A stretch of DNA of 64,000 bases, from the IMG/VR virus record IMGVR_UViG_3300009694_000016, positions 27,960 through 91,959 of that record. The stretch is one strand, 5' to 3'. The DNA comes from a virus. Lineage: Duplodnaviria > Caudoviricetes. The first letter of the stretch is position 1. Each line of letters starts with the position of its first letter. Made by a program: the position numbers and the translations under genes. The notes under the pieces were generated by a model. That model ran no database searches. It saw only the letters and a program-made list of their open reading frames with translations, and had not been told where the DNA came from. Shown in pieces: positions 21,101-29,888 of the stretch.

Positions 21101-21994
21101 ATGATAATAAAGAATTTTAAAATATTTGAAAAAACTTACGTTACTCACGGAAATGGAGGTAAGCCATATGCTATTGAATTCGATGATAAACATAATTATG
21201 TTGATATTTTAAAGAATAAATATAATAGATATTCTAATGTTAAGAAAGTGTGGACAGGAGATAAAGAAGATGATAATAGTAGTGTTTTAATTGAATTTCC
21301 ACATAAAAAATATATCTTTGTTGGAACTGAAGTTTATGAATTTGAAACAGATGAATTTATAACAGATTATTATTCAAAAATAGGAAATAATGATGTTCCA
21401 TATCCAGTAGCTCTTAGTGATAACTATGTCTATTTAATGTTAGAAAAAGTTTATATAGATAAAAAAGTCTTTCCATATAAAACTGACTGGAAAGTTTGTT
21501 ATGATTTTTATTACGAACACGAAAGCTCACTTCCAATTAAGAAATTCAAAAATCTTCAAATTATAGAAGAAGTCAATGAAAAATTAAATGAAGGATTCTC
21601 TGATGAAGTTTTGAAAAATGAAAAATCTTTTATAGTTAAAGATGTGTTAGATTATTGTAGAAAAAATGGAATTGATGATGTAAATGGATTAGAAGATTTA
21701 ATTCTCGATAAAAGAATAAGAATAGAAGAATTTAATAAGAAAACAAAAGAATATACTAATGTCAATAATGCTTTTGATACGATTGATGAATGGGATGAAC
21801 ATGGAGAAGTTCATTCTGTAGGTTGTATTGATGTTGGTGAATTTGAGTTAAATAACTATTTTGAAATTTTAAAAACAGATAGAATAACTATATTAGATTC
21901 TGATGATGAAAAAAAGAAAGCAAAAGCGGAAATAAAAGCTTCAATGAAAGCTTCTCCCGGAGATAGATGGTGGGAAAGAGGAATTCCATCGTAA
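21101..21994 (+). CDS. Hypothetical; CTS-like N-terminus
   Basis: MIIKNFKIFE; THGNGGKPY...IGNNDVPYPVA domain. Confidence 0.6.
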   Translation: MIIKNFKIFEKTYVTHGNGGKPYAIEFDDKHNYVDILKNKYNRYSNVKKVWTGDKEDDNSSVLIEFPHKKYIFVGTEVYEFETDEFITDYYSKIGNNDVPYPVALSDNYVYLMLEKVYIDKKVFPYKTDWKVCYDFYYEHESSLPIKKFKNLQIIEEVNEKLNEGFSDEVLKNEKSFIVKDVLDYCRKNGIDDVNGLEDLILDKRIRIEEFNKKTKEYTNVNNAFDTIDEWDEHGEVHSVGCIDVGEFELNNYFEILKTDRITILDSDDEKKKAKAEIKASMKASPGDRWWERGIPS

Positions 21995-22035
21995 ATTCAA
22001 TAAAAACTTTATTAAACTTTTTGAATATAAAGCAT

Positions 22036-22176
22036 ATGAAAAGAATATCGCGCTTTATATTATTAATCTTGATATCAATATTTGTATATTCTTGTGCCCA
22101 ATCTATAACGTGTTCGGGCGATCTGGAAAAATACAGATATCAACGCACAGAAAAATATTGGCATTATAAACATTAA
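22036..22176 (+). CDS. Small putative lipoprotein
   Basis: MKRISRFILLILISIFVYS-C signal with lipobox-like Cys. Confidence 0.5.
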   Translation: MKRISRFILLILISIFVYSCAQSITCSGDLEKYRYQRTEKYWHYKH

Positions 22177-22248
22177 TTTTATGCCAGGCCGCCGCTCCTT
22201 TAATATATAATATTGAAAAGGACAACCTATAAAAAATAAGTAAATAAA

Positions 22249-23193
22249 ATGGAAGATAAAAAAGATGAAAAAAAGGACGCATTAGAGAGATTCATCTCAG
22301 AGTCAACAACAAGTAAAAAACAACCAGTCGTGGATGAGCCAATAGTCGGGGGTGGAAATACATTAAATTATATTACAGTTGATTTAAGTGTATTGCCAGC
22401 TGGCGTTTTTTATAAACCAGGTACTGTTATTATGATTAGAGCGGCTTCTGTAGCGGAAGTTCAAGCCTATTCAGCGATCGACGACAATAATTTTTTGGAT
22501 GTCACTGAAAAGATGAATGAAATGCTCGGGCGTTGTGTTAAAGTAAAACATCCGGGTGGACTTGTGGGAACATATAAGGATTTAAAAGATAATGATAGAT
22601 TATTTTTAATATTTATGATTCGTGAGCTTACATTTCAAAAGAATAGCAATTTAGCAAAAGATGTTACTTGCTCAAATTGTCATCACGAATTTAAAATTCA
22701 ATTCCGTTCGACTCCAGCTCCAGATAGTCCAAAAACATTCATTAATTATGAAATGGATCCAGAGATTGAACCATTTTTCAATAAACAAGATAGAACATTT
22801 GATTTTGTAATTGGAGATAAATTATGGAAACTGGCTCCACCTTGTATTAGTTTACAAGAAATATTCTTTAAAAATATTAAAGAAAAAGTACAAGGCGATA
22901 AAACTCCAAACGTATCTTTTTTGAAAATTATACCATTCACACTTTGGGATAGAAAAACCATTTCAGAAGATGGAATCAAAGCAAAAGAAGAAGAATTCAA
23001 AAATCAAATGGATATGGACACCTTCTTATTCTTGGATGAAGTGGTCAGTAAGATGATGTTTGGTATTAAAGAACTTCGTCAAAATTGCCCTGTGTGTGGC
23101 GAGGAGGTCCACACAGATATGACGTTTCCCAAAGGGGCCTCAAGTATCTTTAAACCAGGTATCAAACTTTTGGACAGACTCACAAAGAAGTAA
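22249..23193 (+). CDS. Baseplate hub / tail assembly chaperone (T4 gp26-like)
   Basis: LPAGVFY, DLKDNDRLFLIFMIRELTF, two CxxC pairs (CSNC, CPVC). Confidence 0.65.
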   Translation: MEDKKDEKKDALERFISESTTSKKQPVVDEPIVGGGNTLNYITVDLSVLPAGVFYKPGTVIMIRAASVAEVQAYSAIDDNNFLDVTEKMNEMLGRCVKVKHPGGLVGTYKDLKDNDRLFLIFMIRELTFQKNSNLAKDVTCSNCHHEFKIQFRSTPAPDSPKTFINYEMDPEIEPFFNKQDRTFDFVIGDKLWKLAPPCISLQEIFFKNIKEKVQGDKTPNVSFLKIIPFTLWDRKTISEDGIKAKEEEFKNQMDMDTFLFLDEVVSKMMFGIKELRQNCPVCGEEVHTDMTFPKGASSIFKPGIKLLDRLTKK

Positions 23194-23272
23194 ACTGGAA
23201 AGTTTTGAGAAAACTGTTTTTACTGTTTTTACTGTTTCTTGGGAGAATCTAACCAGCAATAAATTTGAATTT

Positions 23273-23500
23273 ATGAGTCAGTTAAGGACTCCAACGTCTG
23301 TCGTTGATAATTGGCCTTATTATGAATTTGAAAGATATATAAAGCTGTTAAATGAAAAGAATGAGAACGAAAAGAAGCGACACGATGAGCAAGATAAACA
23401 ACAAAATCAAAATATGCCAAACATCAACGGTATATCAAATCTAGCCAAAAGCTTTAATCCATCACAGTATAGATTACCCGACTTCAAATCCCCATTTTAA
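23273..23500 (+). CDS. Small baseplate/tail assembly chaperone partner, possibly expressed as a frameshift fusion
   Basis: VDNWPYYEFERYIKLLNE pattern; frame is open from 23123, overlapping the upstream gene. Confidence 0.55.
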   Translation: MSQLRTPTSVVDNWPYYEFERYIKLLNEKNENEKKRHDEQDKQQNQNMPNINGISNLAKSFNPSQYRLPDFKSPF

Positions 23501-23515
23501 AAATGGGGATTTTTT
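23487..23515 (+). terminator. Intrinsic terminator
   Basis: aaatccccatttt-aaaaatggggattt hairpin followed by a T-tract. Confidence 0.7.
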
Positions 23516-23564
23516 ATTTTATATATAGCATCATATAAAAAACAAATATCCGATTCTAATAAAA

Positions 23565-23999
23565 ATGAAAAAAAAAATTAAAATGGACAATCTAAAAACT
23601 TTTGAAGAATGGATCTTTGGAAAGAAGGAGCTGACTCCAGATGAAGAGCGTGAAATAAAGGTTGGTGATACAGTACGTTACCATAAACTTGATAGAAACG
23701 GCGCGTTAAGTGATTTCTTCGATAATCAAATAGGAATAGTTAAAGAATTATTTGATGTTGAAGAACACGACACTCATAGCCCCAGCAAAAGGTTTCCGCG
23801 AGGTGACGCTAAAGTCATGTTTGATAAATTTTTTACATTTGAATTTGGCAATGGTACTACCAAATGGTTCATAACCCCACTTGAACATTTAGAAAAAGTA
23901 AGCAAAGAAGAATATAACGATTATTTAGAAGAAGAAAAAAGAAGAAAAGAAGAAATGAAATTCGTTGATCCGTATGGTGAGGAAGAATGGAAATCATAA
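23565..23999 (+). CDS. Hypothetical; CTS-like N-terminus, KOW/SH3-like domain, DPYGEEEW tag
   Basis: MDNLKTFEEW (alternative start 23583); IKVGDTVRY; VDPYGEEEW. Confidence 0.65.
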   Translation: MKKKIKMDNLKTFEEWIFGKKELTPDEEREIKVGDTVRYHKLDRNGALSDFFDNQIGIVKELFDVEEHDTHSPSKRFPRGDAKVMFDKFFTFEFGNGTTKWFITPLEHLEKVSKEEYNDYLEEEKRRKEEMKFVDPYGEEEWKS

Positions 24000-24008
24000 T
24001 ATAAAAAT

Positions 24009-24875
24009 ATGAATAAAGAAATAGTGTTCTACGATTTAGACGGAACTCTTTGGAATATAAAGAACGAAGATGTGTGGATTATTGATAAAGATAAACCATA
24101 TAAACCTGTCATTGTTCTCGATAATATTGAGTTTTCTTTAATCGAGGCAGGTAAATTCAGAAATGATGAGTTAAAACTTGATTATAATGGTCATGTTTAT
24201 TATATAAGTAAAAATTTATTTGAAAGAATCAAGAAGAAAAGTGGAAGCGAAAATCTCGAAAGATTTGGAATATCTTACATTCCACTAGTTAGAAAAGAAA
24301 TATTGGATAAACGCGAACTTGATATTTTATCAAGTAACATCGAACATTTAAGATATAATAAATTTATAGACATTGGATTACTAACAGCCAGATCCAATCA
24401 AAGAAATCACTCCGAACTGATTAATAAATTAAGATTAGAACTTAAAAAAATAGGAATAGAAATCTCGAAAATTTTCTTCGTTGGTGAAGGAAGTCATACT
24501 CAAAATTATAGATTAAAGAAAGTTTATGTTTTATTAGAGCATCTTATCGGTCTTAAAATAAAAGATGGACGTTTTGTTTCAATAAAACAGGATTGGTACA
24601 AGAAAGTAGATTTTTATGACGATGATAATAAGAATATAGATTATGCAAATAGTTGTCAGAAGTTTTTTGAAGAATTATTAAGAAACACTGAAGATGAATT
24701 ATTTAGAATTATAATAGATAGATTAACTACAAATGAATTGACACTAGAAACTAATTTAGTTACTGATAATGAATTGAATAGATTTAGAAAAAAGATTATA
24801 ATTTTAAAAGAACCTTTAAGATATCCCATACAAGAATCCTTTATGAGTTATCAAGAGTGGTTGAAAAAAAAATAA
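24009..24875 (+). CDS. HAD-superfamily hydrolase
   Basis: Motif I FYDLDGTL, motif II LLTAR, motif IV FYDDD. Confidence 0.7.
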   Translation: MNKEIVFYDLDGTLWNIKNEDVWIIDKDKPYKPVIVLDNIEFSLIEAGKFRNDELKLDYNGHVYYISKNLFERIKKKSGSENLERFGISYIPLVRKEILDKRELDILSSNIEHLRYNKFIDIGLLTARSNQRNHSELINKLRLELKKIGIEISKIFFVGEGSHTQNYRLKKVYVLLEHLIGLKIKDGRFVSIKQDWYKKVDFYDDDNKNIDYANSCQKFFEELLRNTEDELFRIIIDRLTTNELTLETNLVTDNELNRFRKKIIILKEPLRYPIQESFMSYQEWLKKK

Positions 24876-24883
24876 ATAATAAT

Positions 24884-25066
24884 ATGAAAATTAAGAGATT
24901 CAATGAAAGTAAGTACACCGCTGAAGAGCACATTAATACTATTTGTACTTATTGTGACGAAATAAAAAATAATATAAATAGAATTCAAGATGAAGATATT
25001 CTTGAAAATATAGAATTTGACCTTTCAAATATATTACATCAGTATGATCTTCTAGACGAAGAATAA
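24884..25066 (+). CDS. Small protein with CTS-like N-terminus
   Basis: MKIKRFNES. Confidence 0.55.
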   Translation: MKIKRFNESKYTAEEHINTICTYCDEIKNNINRIQDEDILENIEFDLSNILHQYDLLDEE

Positions 25067-25082
25067 AAATGGACAATCACAA

Positions 25083-25727
25083 GTGAATAATCTAAAAACA
25101 TACGAGGAATTTAATTGGAAAAAAGGAGCAGCGACATTATCTATAGCTGGTGCTTTATCTGGCGGATTTTCTTCATGCGAACCTTCGGCTGATGTAGATT
25201 ATAAGGATCCAATTGAAGTAAATATTAATAAAGATAATATAGAATTAAAAGAATTATTAAAAATAAATAATATAAAACTTCCTTGTGTTATTGAGCTTTC
25301 AAATATTAATTGTGGAGTATGTCGAAAATATTACGTTAATCTAAAAAAAGTTTCAAAAAAATATAATGATATTAATTTTTATTATATTTTAACAGGTGAA
25401 GGTCACAACGATGATTATAATCTTAGAAGAAGGGGAGTGAATGCTTTTTTTACTAATAATAAAGCTTTCGATTTAAAAGATTTACCTGGTAATCAAGCTC
25501 CTTTACACGATGATAAAAATTTGGATAAGATAAGTATATCTACATCAGAAAATATTGAAAAACTTAGAAAAAATATAATGATGACTTATGATTTTAATGC
25601 TTTTCCAAGGACATTAATTATAGATAAAAACGGTAAATGTACTATTTTAAAATATGGATACATGGAAGAAGAAAGATTAGAAAGGTATGTTAAAAAATAT
25701 ATACCGAAAGAATTAAACTCCCGATGA
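25083..25727 (+). CDS. Thioredoxin-fold (TlpA-like) protein with CTS-like N-terminus
   Basis: CGVC active site, FPRTLIIDKNG cis-Pro motif; MNNLKTYEEF. Confidence 0.7.
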   Translation: MNNLKTYEEFNWKKGAATLSIAGALSGGFSSCEPSADVDYKDPIEVNINKDNIELKELLKINNIKLPCVIELSNINCGVCRKYYVNLKKVSKKYNDINFYYILTGEGHNDDYNLRRRGVNAFFTNNKAFDLKDLPGNQAPLHDDKNLDKISISTSENIEKLRKNIMMTYDFNAFPRTLIIDKNGKCTILKYGYMEEERLERYVKKYIPKELNSR

Positions 25728-26221
25728 ATAAAATAAAAATGTATAGAGAATACATTAAAGAGGATGCCGCTATTAAATGGTATGATAAGGGAAAATTTAG
25801 TGAAGATGATTCTGACGTTCCAGATGAACTTCCCGAACCAGATAAAGAAGGTGTAGGAATGCTACTTGGAAAAACTCTAAAATCTGTAGAGGTTGATGGC
25901 GATAGATATATTAGATTTCTAACAACAGAAGATGAAGAATTTATTATGTACCACGAGCAAGAGTGTTGTGAACATGTTCATATAGAAGATATAGTCGGAG
26001 ATACAGAAGATTTGGTCGGCTCACCAATACTTGTAGCGAGAGAAGATACAGGCCGCGACATTCCTTTAAGAGATTACGAAGAAAGTTGGACGTGGACATT
26101 TTATAATATAGGAACTTTTAAAGGACACGTAACTATACGTTGGTATGGATCTTCAAATGGATATTATTCTGAAAAAGCAGAGTTTAGAAAAATAGAAAAT
26201 GGTCAACCAGTATACTGGTAA
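25724..26221 (+). CDS. Conserved phage hypothetical protein with CTS-like N-terminus
   Basis: MYHEQECCEHVHIEDIVGD...WTWTFY...RWYGSSNGYYSE. Confidence 0.65.
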   Translation: MNKIKMYREYIKEDAAIKWYDKGKFSEDDSDVPDELPEPDKEGVGMLLGKTLKSVEVDGDRYIRFLTTEDEEFIMYHEQECCEHVHIEDIVGDTEDLVGSPILVAREDTGRDIPLRDYEESWTWTFYNIGTFKGHVTIRWYGSSNGYYSEKAEFRKIENGQPVYW

Positions 26222-26224
26222 GCA

Positions 26225-26258
26225 TAAAAAAACCAGACTCATCGAGTCTGGTTTTTTT
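26225..26258. terminator. Bidirectional intrinsic terminator
   Basis: aaaaaaaccagactc-atc-gagtctggttttttt. Confidence 0.85.
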
Positions 26259-26801
26259 GTGTCCTCTACCTCCACCTGTCTTCCTCCAGGTCGACGTTTC
26301 GTCTTATCGGATCCATTAAAAGGGCTGGTTAGAGGTTAACTTTGTAACATAACCTTCGTGTCGTTACCAACACAAGATAGAGAACGATGCTCTTAAATTG
26401 ATTTCTTTATGTCCGTCTATTTCATCTTTCTGAAGGATTACTTATGTCCGAAACATTAAAGAAAATGAAATAAAAATAATTTGATGAGATTCCTGACTAC
26501 TCATAATCCTCGGATTTCGTCAATCATTATTCGCCCACATCCCACAGAAATGATCGGTTTCAGTGTTTTACCCTTTCGGGTGGATGGGAGGTTTGGTATT
26601 CCTCCAACCAGATACAGCCATCATCGTGTTTTCTTACGATTTGTCTGGTTCTTACGTCACTCACGGTTGGCCAACCGTGGCTATTTCAGGTTTATGACAC
26701 AAAATCTGTAACACCCGCTCCCACGCTTTTCAGCGATGGGCTACAGTGCGTTGGGGGCTGGCTACCCCTCTATTCCGCCACAAATTATTTTAATTTCAAT
26801 C

Positions 26802-26813
26802 TTTCAAAGAACT
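26802..26813 (-). promoter_or_regulatory. boxA-like element AGTTCTTTGAAA (copy 3)
   Basis: Exact 12-mer repeat resembling rRNA-operon boxA. Confidence 0.6.
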
Positions 26814-26971
26814 TTTACTTTACTGGAAATGAAGTGTGGGCTGCTTCATTCCGATACTAGTCCAAAGGACTATCGGTTTTACTCTTCGAGGACTTCTGCC
26901 CGCTCTTCGTCTGTTTCCCCTGCGGCTCCTCAAGCATCCACAGACTATTCCCCTTCCTTACTTCCAGTTTT

Positions 26972-26983
26972 TTTCAAAGAACT
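26972..26983 (-). promoter_or_regulatory. boxA-like element AGTTCTTTGAAA (copy 2)
   Basis: Exact 12-mer repeat. Confidence 0.6.
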
Positions 26984-27179
26984 CGGATTGCTAAAAGGGA
27001 CAGAATTAACTGTATTGAGCTTAAAAGCGCCTTTTCGCAATCAAGAGCATTTAAATGAAAGTGAGTGCCCTATTCTCACAAGCGATAAAGATAAAGTCTA
27101 TTATATAGAGATATCTCAATCACCCAGCCATTCAGATCAATATTCCTTATAGGAACTCCTTGAATTTACAGCTTTTCAT

Positions 27180-27191
27180 TTTCAAAGAACT
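27180..27191 (-). promoter_or_regulatory. boxA-like element AGTTCTTTGAAA (copy 1)
   Basis: Exact 12-mer repeat. Confidence 0.6.
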
Positions 27192-27318
27192 TATTTGATA
27201 AGTACTGAGATTCAATTTATCAAATTTTTAATCCCTACTATTGGGTTGAAAGGTTATCTCGCCGTTCAGGATTCAGTCATTCTGTGGACTGATAATTTGA
27301 TTATCTCAAATTGATATA

Positions 27319-27326
27319 CAAAGATA
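27319..27326 (-). promoter_or_regulatory. Bacteroidota-type -7 promoter element
   Basis: TATCTTTG matches TAnnTTTG directly upstream of the ncRNA region; -33 TTTG not clearly present. Confidence 0.6.
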
Positions 27327-27617
27327 CATCAATTATGCGAGATAAAAAAACTTTTCTCAAAATTTTTTGAAAAAAGTTCTAATGTTTATTTCTCAATATT
27401 ATCTAAGAACTTTACTAAATCGTCAATAATAACAGATTTTATATTATATATATACCGGAGAATTTTTTTTGTTTTAGAAAAATTAAAAAATTTTTGAAAT
27501 TGGCAGATAGCTCAAAAAATCATTCAATTAGTATCATTGTCGTTTGCCCGGAGTGTGACGGTAGAGGATATATGGGGAAAAAACAATGTCCTATCTGTAA
27601 AGGAAGAGGAGAAATTA

Positions 27618-29888
27618 TCACCACTTACGCTCAAAGGGATTTCGAATATCTCCAGGTTTCTGATTAAATGGACTCAAAAAAGGAATAGGTTTTACATCAG
27701 GCTTAATTTTTGGATAAAATCTTTTATAAGCTTTTCCATAGGAGTTATAATCAATCATACTTCCATCATCTTTGTTTCCTAAGAATTTTAATAATAATTG
27801 TTTTTCTCTATCTGTTAAAACATAGTCAACATAAGAATCTACTAGATTCTTAAAATCTGTATGATCGAATAAACTTGCCAAATTGATCATCGACATAACA
27901 CAATCATCATTACCACTAGAAGATTTGAAAGTTATTTCACCACTCGGCGTTTCTTTTTTAGAGAAAGATTTCAATTCTATAACAGTACTATCATTATGTA
28001 AAACCATACTGTCTTTTTTAATAGCATCTTGAAAATCTTTCAATAACAATTTTTTGTTTTGACCTATTAAAAGACCCAGTTTTGGTCTTTGATCTGATTC
28101 TCTATGTTTATATCTTGTAAATATAGCATCCATGAAATCATTGTTATCATTGAAAACGTGACGCATATTGTTGATCAAATCATTGCCAAGATTCTTATTC
28201 ATTTCAACAACTATTTTTACTTTCTCGGGATCAAAGATTTCAAATACTAATAAATATAATATGTGTGCTATTTCGTTTATAGAATAAACATTATTTCTAA
28301 ACATACCTATTTGTTCAAGTTTGAAAAGATCGTACTTATTGCTGTAAATATCTTTTTTTCTTTCTATTGTCTTCTCGTCTTTCATCATTAATCTAAACAT
28401 ATTAAAGACTGAATAATCTAATCCTAGACCTTCAGCTAAATCAATTCCTATGGTTATATAATAATCTTTCGCTCTTGCTAAATCAAATAAATCTGGTCTA
28501 TCTTTTATGAACTTTAAACTGGTATAAGGAAGACTAAATTTCTTATCAAATATTTCAAGTTGTGGAGTTTCAAATTCTACTTGATCGCTTTGGAAACTTT
28601 CAAACATTACACTATCGAAGAGCAATTTATCATCTGTAATAAATTGAATTTCAAACTCTTGTTTGAACATACTAGGACCTCCAATAACTCCGGTCTGCTC
28701 TTCCTGCCAGTTTGTTATTCTACAAATCTCTGGAAGTGGAATAATATCATTAATTCTCACTTGTCTTATATCATCTATTCCACATTTATCTCGTGGAGTT
28801 TTTTCATCCTTCTCAAAAAACTTTATTAAATACCAATCTTCACCATCTATCTTTTTATAATATGTTTCATATCCTATTTCCTTTAGTTTTTCTATAACTT
28901 CTTCTTTTGTTAAATTATATTGGCGAAGGCGCGATTCTATAAAATAAAGTTTTGTATCACGTCTACCTTTAACTTGATACCAATAGACTCTCATGGGTTG
29001 ATATTTATTCCATCGTGGATCTTCGCGCGGACGCTCGGCGTCTGTTAATAACTCCCAGAATAAGTTATAACCATCTGGGGTGGAAGTAATGATAATTTTA
29101 GAGTTTTCGATTGAAGATACAGTAGGTACAACAGATCCGTAGTAAGCACGAATGATATTATCTGGAACTTTCGCGAACTCATCCAAATACAGTAAATCAA
29201 TAGCAAAACCGATAGCTGGTTCTTTAGATCTAGATTGACTTTGAACTCTACTGTTATTTTCAAAGGCTATTTGTTTCTCGTTCCAGTTTGTTACACCTGT
29301 TTTTAAGAAAAATGGGAGTAACTTATATATGTCTTTTATTTTATGTATAATTTCTTTTACGGTTTCTGATTTGTTAGCAACAATCATAACACCCTTATCA
29401 TCGTTGAACAAAACCAGATGAAGAATAACAATGGATGCTGATATTGTATTTAAACTGAGTATGTCGTTTGTGTAATAACTATGTTCGTTAGTAGCAATGG
29501 ACAGGTCGAACATAGAAACTTTATGTTTGAATTTCTCGATAGATTTGACTTTACTAGGTCCTCTTTTAGTCAAAACAATGTCTCCGATTGTTAAATTTTT
29601 AATATACTTTATAATATGACCTTCACAAAAAATTCCATGAACATCCGCACACTCTAGTTCTAAATCATTTTCCAATTTTAACCTATATATGTCATATGGT
29701 TGAGTTAGATTTATTTCTTCAATAGGAACAAACCCGTAATCAGTCTCAACAGACAAATTATTTATTTGAAAAAAGTTAATAACCTTTTTTAACGGATCTT
29801 CTTGATCGAATGAATAATTTTTATACTCAATTTTTTCTATCAATTCTATTAAAAAATAAATTATATTTTTTATTAAATTTTTAATCAT
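27618..29888 (-). CDS. terL: Terminase large subunit, C-terminal part, preceded by the C-half of a split intein
   Basis: aa 1-147 intein blocks B/F/G ending ILSLN; then T, Walker B LLYLDEFA, ITSTPDG coupling motif, FKQEFE, nuclease IGIDLAEGLGLDYS and GNDDCVM. Confidence 0.92.
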   Translation of the reverse strand: MIKNLIKNIIYFLIELIEKIEYKNYSFDQEDPLKKVINFFQINNLSVETDYGFVPIEEINLTQPYDIYRLKLENDLELECADVHGIFCEGHIIKYIKNLTIGDIVLTKRGPSKVKSIEKFKHKVSMFDLSIATNEHSYYTNDILSLNTISASIVILHLVLFNDDKGVMIVANKSETVKEIIHKIKDIYKLLPFFLKTGVTNWNEKQIAFENNSRVQSQSRSKEPAIGFAIDLLYLDEFAKVPDNIIRAYYGSVVPTVSSIENSKIIITSTPDGYNLFWELLTDAERPREDPRWNKYQPMRVYWYQVKGRRDTKLYFIESRLRQYNLTKEEVIEKLKEIGYETYYKKIDGEDWYLIKFFEKDEKTPRDKCGIDDIRQVRINDIIPLPEICRITNWQEEQTGVIGGPSMFKQEFEIQFITDDKLLFDSVMFESFQSDQVEFETPQLEIFDKKFSLPYTSLKFIKDRPDLFDLARAKDYYITIGIDLAEGLGLDYSVFNMFRLMMKDEKTIERKKDIYSNKYDLFKLEQIGMFRNNVYSINEIAHILYLLVFEIFDPEKVKIVVEMNKNLGNDLINNMRHVFNDNNDFMDAIFTRYKHRESDQRPKLGLLIGQNKKLLLKDFQDAIKKDSMVLHNDSTVIELKSFSKKETPSGEITFKSSSGNDDCVMSMINLASLFDHTDFKNLVDSYVDYVLTDREKQLLLKFLGNKDDGSMIDYNSYGKAYKRFYPKIKPDVKPIPFLSPFNQKPGDIRNPFERKW
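29448..29888 (-). mobile_element. Split intein, C-fragment (147 aa)
   Basis: LECADVH (block B), MFDLSI..HSYYTNDILSLN|T (blocks F, G); lacks block A. Confidence 0.85.

Larger units (their letters stand above)
26260..27312 (-). ncRNA. Putative polycistronic array of structured ncRNAs (unassigned family)
   Basis: GC-richer region without credible CDS; closing stems 26473-26483/26781-26791 and 26822-26834/26957-26968; GNRA hairpins on minus strand; three exact AGTTCTTTGAAA spacers; flanked by promoter and terminator. Confidence 0.7.

Noticed and set aside
26402-26464. Plus-strand hammerhead-like pattern (GUC...CUGAAGG...GAAAC with stem III)
   Set aside because: Core deviates from CUGANGA, stem I cannot form, and G-U pairs favour the minus strand.
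26481-27152. ORF-track ORFs 26481..26711 and 26736..27152
   Set aside because: Atypical composition for this genome and antisense to the structured RNA region; probably spurious.
26802-27191. CRISPR-like array from the 12-mer repeats
   Set aside because: Repeats too short, spacers 158 and 196 nt and structured, no cas genes in the window.
26260-27312. tRNA, tmRNA, RNase P or group I/II intron
   Set aside because: No cloverleaf with T-loop and CCA, no RNase P GAGGAAAGUCC, no recognisable intron core, and no interrupted host gene.
27340-27530. AT-rich imperfect inverted repeats as a replication origin
   Set aside because: No iterons; not distinguishable from the AT-rich background by eye.
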